From: Octopus sinensis
Lineage: Eukaryota
Reading direction: 5' to 3'
Length of the DNA: 64,000 nucleotides
NCBI RefSeq assembly: GCF_006345805.1
Contig: NC_043019.1
Location: 12,957,360 to 13,021,359, forward strand
Below are positions 1-11,581 of the stretch, piece by piece. Made by a program: the position numbers and the translations under genes. Below the pieces are notes generated by a model. It was not told the origin of the DNA and searched no databases. It was given only the letters and a program-made list of their open reading frames with translations. Position 1 is the stretch's first letter, and every line of letters begins with the position of its first letter.

Positions 1-420
1 TTTTTTTGCGTAATGAGATAAAAAAACCATGGCCGTATAGATATTAGAGCATTTATAGATAGAATGTCTTACAGCTGTTTCTAGGATATTAATTAATAAT
101 AATATCCCTTCATCGGAGACGGTGTGAGAGGATGGTTAAGTCATAGTTAGTTTCGATGTGATATAAAGTAGAGAGTGAAGTGGAGGAAAGAAAATAGATG
201 TAAGATATGTATGGTTATTGAATTCGTAAATCCGTTTTATAGGCATAATGGTATATATGTGTAATATTCCAATATCTTTTTAGTAAAATCCAAAAGTCCA
301 ACAGAGTTTAATATGAGTCCATTCAGATATAGAGTTTATAAGCAATATAAGATTCTCTTAATGTTGGTCATTACCTGATACCTTTGGGTCTCAATGACAC
401 CGTTATCTCTCTTATATATA
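1..420 (-). mobile_element. Penelope-like element terminal fragment with a hammerhead-like motif at 66-120
   Basis: Minus strand: gtct-CCGATGA-a-gggatatt/aatatcct-a-GAAA-cagctgt-A-agac. Confidence 0.6.
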
Positions 421-504
421 TATATAAGAAATTTATCAATCTCGCCAAAAAGAAATTATCTTCCCTAGTAAGTCCCAGCTATTCAGTTTCGTTTCCCAAT
501 TGGA

Positions 505-805
505 ACTGTCTTTTTTTTTTTTTCGTGTGTTTGAGAAAAGCCTTAAGCATTGAAAATGGTGAACGTCCCCAAATCCCGGCAGACCTTCTGCAAAGGTAAA
601 AATAAAATGCAGGAAACATCCTCTTCACAAGTTTTCACAGTACAAGGCTGGTAAAGCCTCATTATGTGCTCAAGGTAGAAGAGACGTTAAGATAGAAAAG
701 GAAGAGGTTATGGTGGTCTGACCAAACCTAGCGAAAATGGCTAAAACCACCAAGAAAGTTGTCCTTCGAATGGAGTGTACAGAATGCAAATTTAGGAAAT
801 AACTT
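505..805 (+). pseudogene. RPL36A: Processed pseudogene of 60S ribosomal protein L36a (eL42)
   Basis: ATG at 556: MVNVPKSRQTFCKGK..CRKHPLHKFSQYKAGKASLCAQGRR..GYGGLTKP..AKTTKKVVLRMECTECKFRK*; intronless, with frameshifts and stops. Confidence 0.92.
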
Positions 806-1215
806 GGATCTTTTCGGTTTGAACGGCAGTTTTTTCTAGCGGTGTCATATGAAATTGTCACCCGTAATTATGACCCTAGTATCGATCTATTGCATTTCAA
901 TCTGTTTTAGGGTTAGGGTTAGGGGGAAGGGTATCTTTTTTCTTCAGAAATGTAAATAAACCCAATCTGTTTCTTAAACGAGGGACATATTCATACGGCA
1001 CAGAATGTTTTCACCTCAATAGACGTCATTGATTGGTTGAAATTGCAGAAACTGAAGAAAAACAACAACAAATATCTTACAAACCATAGAATTTGCTCAA
1101 TAAAGCCAAGAGAAAAAGATGTTTTATAAACACATTCTACCAGTATACGAAGTTTAAAATTTTTTAGTTACGTGGAAAATATTTTTAAAAACTGCCGGTC
1201 AAACCGAAAAGATCC
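806..1215. mobile_element. Merlin-type MITE family M1
   Basis: 29-bp TIR GGATCTTTTCGGTTTGAACGGCAGTTTTT (1 mismatch); 8-bp TSD AATAACTT on both sides; second copy at 30765. Confidence 0.85.
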
Positions 1216-2287
1216 AATAACTTTTATATAAATATAGCGAGAAAAAGATGCCGACTACTTTTCATGTTTTATTTCAAGTTAAAAAAAAATATATATCTAC
1301 CCCCCAAAAGCGAAGCTTTAAAAATATCAGATTTGAAACCAGGTCACAGAAAACTGTGTGGAATTACTGGGAACCTGGCTTCTTCTATTCTACAGCACCC
1401 GTTTCAACTCACTGATAGCAGCCGATAAATCAATATGAGATATACGTTCGATGATTAGTTAGAAAAAGGTAGTCAACGTTAATATTGCGCGGTTAGTTGT
1501 AGCGAGTTTGCACCATGCTCTAGAATTGGGCCTCTAACAGGACGAGTTAGCCCGTTACAAGCCTTGGTTTCAATTTCCAGTTGAAGACAATTCTCAGCTT
1601 TAATTAGGCAATCTAATTAATACATTTTACTTTGTAATTACGGTTAATTTGTATGAGAAAAAGAAAAACGAAACTGATATATTAACTAGAAAGGTTTAAG
1701 ATATTTGCCCGCTATAATTCTGTTATTCTGTTATTCTGTTGGTTAAAAAGCAACTATAGAATTACACTGTACGACTCCCAATCCCTTTGTGTTTTTTTTT
1801 AATGACTTAATAGTTGAATTATACATTATAATTCCGCTATTCTGCTCGTATATTATTACTAACCATTGAGAAAAAACAAAAAGAAAGAAAGAAAGACTGA
1901 AAGACAGAAAAAAAGGGACAGAAAGAAAAAAAAACACGATAGAATAAAGAAAGAAAGAAAATCTAGATACAATTCTGTTATTCTGTTCGTTAATACATTC
2001 CGCGCTCATGCTCTGAATCATCATCAGCAGCAGCAACGATTTGTTGCTACATGTCCTGAGAGGAGAAGAAAAAATAAACAGAGAAAAACTGCCGCTAATT
2101 CAAACTTCAATCCATATTTTCGTCATTCCTTCACCATATCTTTTTTTTCTTGTATTCATTATTCATTCCATTCTTACTATCTTACTACAAACCAGATTAT
2201 TCTCTAATTCTTCTTCTTCGATCCTTTTGTTTTTTTTTATTATTCTGGTAATCCCTTTTGTCGACATCGTTTTGCGGAAATATTACC

Positions 2288-2309
2288 ATGGAAGAAGAAG
2301 ACACAGAAG
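2288..2309 (+). CDS. ZC2HC1A: ZC2HC1A-like coding exon 1 (MEEEDTE + 1 nt)
   Basis: ttaccATGg strong Kozak context, 22 nt, then GTAAAC donor in phase 1, matching the phase-1 acceptor at 35976. As I recall, vertebrate ZC2HC1A also has a very short phase-1 first exon. The link across 33.7 kb is inferred. Confidence 0.6.
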
Positions 2310-2589
2310 GTAAACAAAAACTTTATTTTATTTTATTTCCATTTGCTTGTTAAATATCTCTTCATCTCTCTCTCCTCTCATTCTCTTTCTTTATTTTTTA
2401 CTTTCCACCTATGCTGTTTACTTTATTTTATTTTAACGAGCCAACGAGGGCGCCTCTACGCGGGCGTTCGACCTGCTAGAAACAGCAGCCAGAATTTCCC
2501 TCAAAATCACACCTCACCCCCTTTAAAAACTAACAACTCAACAAGACGGACATAGGACCAGTGCCATTTTAAAGCATGGACACTCTGGT

Positions 2590-3039
2590 CAGTTGTCTAG
2601 AGGTTTCACGGGTCTAGGGGCCCAATCGTAATCTGTACGCAGTTGTCTAGAGTTTTCACGGGTCTAGGGGCCCAATCGTAATCTGTACGCAGTTGTCTAG
2701 AGGTTTCACGGGTCTAGGGGCCAAACCGTAATCTGTACGCAGTTGTCTAGAGGTTTCACGGGTCTAGGGGCCCAATCGTAATCTGTACGCAGTTGTCTAG
2801 AGTTTTCACGGGTCTAGGGGCCCAATCGTAATCTGTACGCAGTTGTCTAGAGGTTTCACGGGTCTAGGGGCCCAACCGTAATCTGTACGCAGTTGTCTAG
2901 AGGTTTCACGGGTCTAGGGGCCCAATCGTAATCTGTACGCAGTTGTCTAGAGGTTTCACGGGTCTAGGGGCCCAATTGTAATCTGTACGCAGTTGTCTAG
3001 AGGTTTCACGGGTCTAGGGGCCCAATCGTAATCTGTACG
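2590..3039. repeat. 50-bp minisatellite, 9 copies
   Basis: Unit cagttgtctagaggtttcacgggtctaggggcccaatcgtaatctgtacg, nearly identical copies. Confidence 0.97.
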
Positions 3040-3559
3040 GTGTGACTTGCTGCCAAAAAATATATACACTAGGACCCAGTGTGTTGATTTGTCCCGCAGG
3101 CCTTTAATGCTGGTAAGACGACTGTGTATAGGATACATAACGGATAATAAATGCAGCCTTTGATACACTATTTGAACGAAAATCGGGATGGTGATGGTTA
3201 TAGATGGAACGGTTTTGATCAGAAGTCCAGCTGCGCCGTTGTTGCTGACTCGGGGTTAAATAACAACTTTTGACTTGACATTCCTCCCCAGTCTTTCCCA
3301 GCTCGCATTGTGGGACCCCCCCCATTCTTTACATTACTGGATGCTAAATTAAAAACACCACCAAGATCAGTAGACACTAAGACAAGGGACCAGTCTACGA
3401 TACTAGTACCCTAAGACAATAGATTGGTTTCAAATTCCCTCAGCTAATCCTTTCATTCACTCACCTACTCACACGCGCACGCACGTACACACACACACAC
3501 ACACGCACACGCACACACACACGCACGCGCGCGCATACATAGATCGAGACCACATCGAC

Positions 3560-3911
3560 TTGCTAGAAATAACAGCCTAATTGCTCCCAAACCACAGTCT
3601 CCGGTCTAATGACTTATATCGAACAGGACAGAGACACACTGTGTTGTTCCAACAAGAAGGCGGGATGATCACGGTTAGAAAGCTTTCGATCATAGGTTTG
3701 GCAAAGTTTCGTTATTTGCCTAGGTTTTCTTGTTGCTAGAAATAACAGCCTAATTGCCCTCAAACCACAGTCTCCGGTCTAATTACTTATAACGAACAGG
3801 ACAGAGACACACTGTGTTGTTCCGACAAGAAGGCGGGATGATCACGGTTAGAAAGCTTTCGATCATAGGTTTTGGTGGCTAAGTTTCGTTATTTGCCTAG
3901 GTTTTCTTGTT
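3560..3911. repeat. About 173-bp tandem duplication of a SINE-like segment
   Basis: ttgctagaaataacagcc...cctaggttttcttg at 3560 and again at 3733. Confidence 0.9.
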
Positions 3912-3948
3912 CGATCAGGAGTGAGGGGTACCCAACTACAATTATATC

Positions 3949-4050
3949 GGCGATCCTTCGGTATAGGTCCCCCCCACCATATATAAAAAACCCCCACTTT
4001 TTTTTAAATGCATCCGGTACTTACACCGTTACCTATACCGAAGGATCGCC
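3949..4050. mobile_element. 102-bp Merlin-type MITE (family M4)
   Basis: 19-bp perfect TIR GGCGATCCTTCGGTATAGG; 8-bp TSD ATTATATC. Confidence 0.85.
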
Positions 4051-4435
4051 ATTATATCTCCCCCCCCCCCGCGCATGTGTGGGTATATACACACATATAT
4101 ATACATAAACATACGCACAAACACACACACAATTATAATACATACACGCATAGACATGTATGTGTGTGCGTGTGTGTGTAATCAATGACAATATTATCAT
4201 TCACTGATTGACCAAATTGTTATTTTATAACCCCAGGTCATACATTATCAAAGAGAGACCTCTGATCAGACATTCCTTGCTGTAACCGGTCCCTTTTTTA
4301 ATTTCCTTTTTCTCTCACCATACAGTATACCTAGGACTATATCAGGCCAAGTTGTAAGCATTAACCCTATATTATCTTAAGATACATTTTCAGAGTAACA
4401 AATAAAATGGTACGGGTGTTACTCTGAAAATTTTG

Positions 4436-4910
4436 TCTTCTGCTATAGCCCCGGGCCGACCAATGCCTTGTGAGTGGATTTGGTAGACGGAAACTGAAAA
4501 GAAGCCTGTCGTATATACTCTTTACTCTTTACTCTTTTACTTGTTTCAGTCATTTGACTGCGGCCATGCTGGAGCACCGCCTTTAGTCGAGCAAATCGAC
4601 CCCGGGACTTATTCTTTGGAAGCCCAGTACTTATTCTATCGGTCTCTTTTGCCGAACCGCATGTATGTATATGTATGTGTGTGTTTGTGTGTCTGTGTGT
4701 CTGTGTTTGTCCCCCTAGCATTGCTTGACAACCGATGCTGGTGTGTTTACGTCCCCGTCACTTAGCGGTTCGGCAAAAAAGAGACCGATAGAATAAGTAC
4801 TGGGCTTACAAAAAGAATAAGTCCCGGGGTCGATTTGCTCGACTTAAAGGCGATGCTCCAGCATGGCCGCAGTCAAATGACTGAAACAAGTAAAAGAGTA
4901 AAAGAGTATC
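4436..4910 (+). mobile_element. SINE family A copy with an inverted family A 3' fragment inserted (4517-4660)
   Basis: Family A body on +; reverse-complement tail (cttttacttgtttcagtcatttgactgcggcc...gccgaaccgc) inserted in its internal TA tract. Confidence 0.8.
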
Positions 4911-5262
4911 TAATGTGTCCGATGACTGCAGGATGTTAATATAATGGAAATTTGTTATTTCCAGATCGAGGGACCCTCGTAGGCCCTCCCTACTTTTTTT
5001 ATCGTTGCTGTTAGTGTTGTTTTTTAAGCCTCGAGACTTTCCAGTCATAACCATCCCATATTTTTAGGGGGGTCATGTTGGGCCGCCACAAGATGTTCCG
5101 TTGTGATGATGCCCGGGATAGTTGCTATTTCTAGCTGGCCGATCTTCCGCATAGAGCATTCCTCCCCACCCATCACAATACCACCACCACCACCACCATC
5201 ACCACTTCATTAACTTGTCTTTTGTGCTCTTGGTCGATGAATGAACGTGGAAATATTTGTCT

Positions 5263-5694
5263 GGCGATCTTTCGTCTCTAGTAGACCTTTCCGTCGATTT
5301 CCGTAAAAATTTTTTTTTTTTACATACGGGCTTGCGGGAACTTTTGAAGTAATATACATACATATATATACACATACACCAAGTAAAAAATTTCAGTTAT
5401 CTCTTTCTTTCACACATTACTCTGTCTCTTCACACACACTAACAGAAGCACTTCACTTACACAACATACTGTCTGTCTCCCACACCCCATCAAACACACA
5501 CACACACACACACACATATACATCAATGCTTCACATGCACGGTAACTTCAAAAGAACTTCCCTCGTCATACAATCGCTTTCTCTTAGTCTCTTTCGCTCT
5601 CATTACTTCAAAAGTTCCCGCAAGCCCATATGTAAAAAAAAAAAATTTTTTTACGGAAATCGACGGAAAGGTCTACTAGAGACGAAAGATCGCC
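5263..5694. mobile_element. Merlin-type MITE family M2 (no TSD visible)
   Basis: About 47-bp TIR GGCGATCTTTCGTCTCTAGTAGACCTTTCCGTCGATTTCCGTAAAAA; near-identical to 29837-30259. Confidence 0.8.
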
Positions 5695-6224
5695 GGGGAA
5701 TAATAAACAGCTATTGAATTTAATTCCGATTGAACTGTTTTATTGCGGCACGAGACGGTAAAACCTGAAACGTTGTACCCCTGGTAACTGAGTAACCATA
5801 GACACTTGACGTATACACACGGGTGACAGAACATTCCTAAGTTACATACACATAAACACACACACACATACGCACGCACGTACCGTGCGCGCACTCGCGT
5901 GCTATTTCCTTGCTAAACGGTCTCAGACTAGTCTTTACTGGAAATTCCACCATCATCTGTCATCGTTACAACCGCCGCCACCCTGTTCACCCTCGCCTTT
6001 TTCCCATCTCTACTTCACAAACATTCATCTTAACCCTGTTTGTGCCAATTCAAATACTCACACACGCGCGCTTGCGCCCACTCACGTAGCTATTTGTGTA
6101 TTAATTATCTCGAGTAGATACCGTGTGATATACTCAGGGTAGGCAGTAGGGGTGGTAAAAAAATGTTTGTAAAAAAAAAAAATGTAGATTGTCAACAAAA
6201 GTGTCGTCGCTGCTAAGATATATA

Positions 6225-6355
6225 CAGGGTGTCCCAAAAAAATGTATACACATAGTGGTTCGGCAAAAGAGAACTATAGAATAAGTACTAGGCTTACAAA
6301 GAATAACAAATTTACAATTATTTAAGGTGTGTATACATTTTTTGGGGACACCCTG
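6225..6355. mobile_element. Tc1/mariner-type MITE containing a SINE A fragment
   Basis: TA|CAGGGTGTCCC(A/C)AAAAAATGTATACAC TIRs|TA. Confidence 0.75.
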
Positions 6356-6362
6356 TATATAT

Positions 6363-6753
6363 ATACTCTTTTACTCTTTTACTTGTTTCAGTCATTTGAC
6401 TGTGGCCATGCTGGAGCACCGCCTTTAGTCGAGCAAATCGACTCCCAGGACTTATTCTTTGGAAGCCTAGTACTTATTCTATCGATATCTTTTGCCGAAC
6501 CGCTAAGTGACGGGGACGTAAACACACCAATATCGGTTGTCAAGCGAAGTTGGTGGTGGTGGGGGGGGCACACAAACATATACGCACACATACATATATA
6601 CGACGGGCTTCTTTCAGTTTCCGTGTACTAAATCCACTCACAAGGCTTTGGTCGACCCGAGGCTATAGTAGAAGACACTTGCCCAAGGTGCCACGCAGTG
6701 GGACTGAACCCGGAAACATGTGGTTGGTAAGCTAGCTACTTACCACACAGTCA
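6363..6753 (-). mobile_element. SINE family A (tRNA-like head, ccttgggcaag core, gtaaaaga tail)
   Basis: Near-full copy of the roughly 400-bp family repeated more than 15 times in the window. Confidence 0.85.
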
Positions 6754-7524
6754 CAATTTGACAATAAAATGTTTACGTATATACATGCATACAAGCATAC
6801 GTGCATACATGCACTTGTATGTATATATATCTGTGTGTGTGTATAATGGTATATTAATAGTTATCGCCAAACTAATATGGCAATCCAGAAATATAGGACG
6901 AATGCTGCTGTTGATTAGCTCCAAGAGGCCATCGCCTCTAGCTAGCTATGTGACACACGAACCTGTGTCCATTATAACCTTCGAACAGAGGAGGTCAGCC
7001 GCTTCCCCTTGCTGGTCAGGCATCTGCAGACTAGTTTCTGAGTATTTGCCCCTTATCAATGCAGAGCAGTCGAACCCAGCAGGCGTCGCTACTGACCATC
7101 TGTTTGAAGGATTATTTACCTAATTTCAGTGGAATACATCCACTGGTTTTCAAAAACATTCCAAGATGGTATAGTTCTGAGAGAATTAAATATTTTATAC
7201 CATTGTACATCAAATTGGCAGAGGAAACGAAGTGTTAAAATAATGTTTTATGACTTAGGGTACAAGGCCAGCAGTTTTTTGTAGAGTGGGTGGACGGATA
7301 CCATTAACCCTAGTACTTGATTAGAGTTTTACTTTATCAACCCCAGAGGGATGTAAGGCAAAATGTGCCTCTGCGGGATTTGAACTCAGGACGTTAAAAG
7401 CTGGAACAAATGTTGCAAGGCTATATTTTGTTTATATTTTTATATTATTATTATTTTTTTTACGATGTTTGGTGCCTGCAGGTGTTCGGGGAGTATCACT
7501 CAGCTAAACATAAAGCAGACATAA

Positions 7525-7900
7525 ATGATGATGACGATGATGATGATGACAACGATGATGGTGATGTTGATGATGATGATGGTAGTGGTGGCAGTGATGA
7601 TTATGATAGTGATGGTGGTGGTGGTGGTAATGATGATTATGACGGTGATTGTGGTGATGGTGGTGGTGGTGGTGGTGATGATTATGATAGTGATGGTGGT
7701 GATGTTGATGATGATGACAACAATGACGATGATGTTGATGATGATGATAATGGTGGTGGTGGTGGTGATAGTGATGATTATGACAGCAATGATGACAGAG
7801 ATGGTGTTGGTGATGACGACGACGACGATGATGATGACAGTAATGGTGATGATGATGATGATGATGATGATGGTGGTGGTAATGATGACAATGACATTTT
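7525..7900. repeat. (GAT/GGT/GAC)n low-complexity tract
   Basis: Degenerate trinucleotide repeat. Confidence 0.9.
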
Positions 7901-8810
7901 GAATCCAGCTGGCAGCCACCTTGGACTTATTCCCCTCAAGAGGTAATATATGAAATAAGTCCTGAATTATCACCAGAGCCAATTCAAGCACCCAACACTG
8001 TCTTGCTGGTTACTTGGTGACCTCACTGGTGCTGGTGCCACATAAAAAGCACCCAGGAAACTCTGCAAAGTGGTTGGTGACAAGAAGGGCATCCAGCCAT
8101 AGAAACCATACAAAAGTAGAAACTGGAGCCTGATGCAGTCACCTGGCTTGCTCTTTCCTGTTGAACTGTCCAACCCCAGCCAGTATAGGCACTGCTGTTG
8201 CTGTGTGGTATGAAGTCTGCTTCCAAACTGCATGGCTCTGGGTTCAGTCCCACTGTGTGGCACCATGGGCAAGTGTCTTCTACTGTAGCTTCAGGCTGAC
8301 CAAAACCTTGTGAGTGGATTTGGTAGAGAGAAATTGAAAGAAGCCCATTGTGTCTGCATGTGTGTGTGTGTGTGTGTATGTATATATGTATGTACTAGCT
8401 GTTGGACCCGGCGGTGCTTGTGTTTTCCGTGTTGAAGTTAAGCTCACCTTTGACCTTGTATTGAAATCTTCTTAATTTCCCATGCCAACTATTACCCGTT
8501 AAGATGTTATATCTGGTTCAGCAGGGATTTTACCTGGTTATCGCTTTCGACATACTCCCACATACTGGACCTTCTGAAATCGCAGTCAAAATTTTTTTGG
8601 GTGTACCTCGACCCGTTGAGAATGATGTTTGTTTATTTCTCTCCCCTTAATGCCACTCTCTGTACAAAATCAATCAGTGTGTCCAATCTCAGCAAAATCT
8701 GAAGAAAAGTGTTAAGGTTATGTCATAAATAGAATCCCTGTGACCATTTCCATGAAAATATCCGATTGATTGTAAGTCCCAATACATTATGTGAATAATT
8801 GATGTTTCAT

Positions 8811-9217
8811 AGGCGCAGGAGTGGCTGTGTGGTAAGTAGCTTGTTTGCCGGCCACATGGTTCCGGGTTCAGTCCCACTGCATGGCATCTTGGGCAAGTGT
8901 CTTCTACTTAGCCTCAGGCCGACCAAAGCCTTGTGGGTGGATTTGGTAGACGGAAACTGAAGGAAGCCCGTCGTATATATGTATATATATGTGTATGTGT
9001 GTGTGTTTGTGTGTCTGTGTTTGTCCTCCTAGCATTGCTTGACAACCGATGCTGGTGTGTTTATGTCCCCATTACTTAGCGGTTCGGCAAAAGAGACCGA
9101 TAGAATAAGTACTGGGCTTACAAAAGAATAAGTCCCGGGGTCGAGTTGCTCGATTGAAGGCGGTGCTCCAGCATGACCGCAGTCAAATGACTGAAACAAG
9201 TAAAAGAGTAAAGAGTA
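8811..9217 (+). mobile_element. SINE family A
   Basis: ggcgcaggagtggctgtgtgg head to gtaaaagagta tail. Confidence 0.85.
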
Positions 9218-9540
9218 AGTGCTTAATTTTACTCATGGGTCAATTTTCTTCAAAATCTAAATCCTCCTCTCACGTGCAGTTATTGATATTTTTGTCAACT
9301 CTTCATATCTGGCATCAGCCAATGGACATGAACTGTAATCACGTGTAAAATTTCTACGAAATTGATAAGAATGTCTCTAAGGAAATGCTTATTTACATTT
9401 ATGCCCTTCTCAAGCCCTTTTGAATTAAATAAACACCTTTACCATCTCCCCCACCCACAAAATTTACCTGCCTCTCAAATTTCATTAAGTTCAGATGAAA
9501 ATATAAAATTTATGGCCAAAAATAAAATACCTTTGGGTAC

Positions 9541-9940
9541 TTACTCCTTTACTTGTTTCAGTCATTTGACTGCGGCCATGCTGGAGCACTGCCTTTAATC
9601 GAGCAACTCGACCCCAGGACTTATTCTTTTTGTAAGCCCAGTACTTATTCTATCGGTCTCTTTTGCCGAACCGCTAAGTAACAGGGACATAAACACACCA
9701 GCATCGGTTGTCAAGCAATGCTAGGGGGACAAACACAGACACACAAACAAACACACATACATATATATATACATATATACGACAGGCTTCTTTCAGTTTT
9801 CCGTCTACCAAATCCACTCACAAGGCATTGGTCGGCCCGAGGCTATAGCAGAAGACATTTGCCCAAGATGCCACGCAGTGGGACTGAACCCGGAACCATG
9901 TGGCTGGTAAGCAAGCTACTTACCACACAGCCACTCCTGC
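9541..9940 (-). mobile_element. SINE family A
   Basis: Reverse-complement copy. Confidence 0.85.
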
Positions 9941-10393
9941 ATGCAAAAAGTCTTTTTTTTTTTCTGGTCTAAGATTGAACCTGTGATTCAATTATCATAA
10001 GCTCTATACCCCTAACCATTTAGCCACGGCCCTTTATGTCCCTTATGTACAATTACGTATGATTAAAAACTTCAAAGAAACTTGTTCATATGGCAATTGA
10101 TTTAAAAGGTGAGTGAATGAAAAGCTTGATTGTTAAACAGACTGGACATTATTGCATTGGTGATCGACTTGGTTGCCAGGTTGACCGATTGTGACAGTAA
10201 ACAGTGATGCAATGAAATACTGTGGTTTCTATGTCCACCTTCAGCACTACGTATCCTAGGTGTCAGGTACGCAAGGACAGGTCGGATGTTTGATTGCTAG
10301 CACAGAGGCTTGTGTGTGTGTGTGTATGCATGTGTTCATGGGTATGATGCTATATATGCATATATATGATATATATGTATGTGTGTGTATGTG

Positions 10394-10457
<64 letters not shown>

Positions 10458-11044
10458 AAACAAGTCAAAAATAGAAAATGCTAAGATAATTTTATAGTGA
10501 ATCTTTCAGTACCGGTTTCGGTCATTTTGAGACCTTTTCAACTGTAACGATTAAATAATTAAATTTAGAAAAATTAGAAGAAAAGTTTTTTTAAAAGAAT
10601 ATTTCTGTAGTAGTGTTTAAAAGAATATTTCTGTAGTAATATTTCTGTAGTAATATATATATATATTAATATATATATATATTTATATAGATATATATAT
10701 ACAGATACATACACAGTTAACACCTACACAAGTATATGTTTGCATATTCATGTAGCTACATACATATACATAAATACATACTTATATACACGCTTAAATA
10801 CATATATATGTATATTGTATATGTGTGTATATATGTATATGTGTGTGTATATATATATATATATCTATATATAAGTATAAAATATATGTATATATAAACA
10901 CACAAGCACATACACACACAGATTGATAGATAGATATATATATATATATTATATATATATATATATATACTTTTATATATATATATATATATATATATAC
11001 TTTTATATATATATATATATATATAATATATATATATACATGGG

Positions 11045-11555
11045 ATGGAGCCAGCCTACGTATGCATACCTTCCCTTCTTGGGACACAAAACTCTACTTG
11101 TGAAGACCTGTTGAGGCAAGTGAGGATCAGAATCGAAATTGATCAATGGAAATTGCAGATGTGTTACCAGTGCCGGTGGCATGTAAGAGAACCATCCGTT
11201 TCGCGACCGTTGCCAGCGCCGCCCCGACTGGCCTCATGCCGGTGGCACGTAAAAAGCACCATCCGTTCGTGTCCATTGCCAGCCTCGCCTGGCCCCATGC
11301 CGGTGGCACATAAAAAGCATCATCCGTTCGTGGCCGTTTGCCAGCTCTGTCTGGCCCCTGTGCGGGTGGCACGTAAAAAGCACCCACTACACTCACGGAG
11401 TGGTTGGCGTTAGGAAGGGCATCCAGCTGTAGAAACTCTGTCAGATCTGACTGGGCCTGATGAAGCCTTTTGGCTTCACAGACCCCAGTTGAACCGTCCA
11501 ACCCATGCTAGCATGGAAAACGGACGCTAAACGATGATGATGATGATGATGATGA
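11045..11555 (+). mobile_element. SINE-like family D (internal ~55-60-bp tandem units, gttaggaagggcatccagc body, (GAT)n tail)
   Basis: Same family at 21890, 34893, 35530, 46419, 47930, 49670, 54858 and 55878. Confidence 0.75.
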
Positions 11556-11581
11556 TACATATATATATATATATATATACA

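Noticed and set aside
384-599. ORF 384-599 with a GTAAA donor-like site at 596
   Set aside because: The region is the RPL36A pseudogene read in another frame.
2630-2660. Similarity of the 50-bp minisatellite to the RTE fragment (cgcagttgtc)
   Set aside because: Only 10 nt shared; consistent with chance.
7410-7991. Asp/Gly-rich 178-aa ORF and overlapping poly-Met/Ile ORFs
   Set aside because: Translations of a GAT/GGT microsatellite, open in several frames, with no splice or homology support.
9718-9972. Recurrent MLGGQTQTH.../MSSNARGTNT... ORFs
   Set aside because: Chance ORFs of SINE A copies repeated throughout the window.
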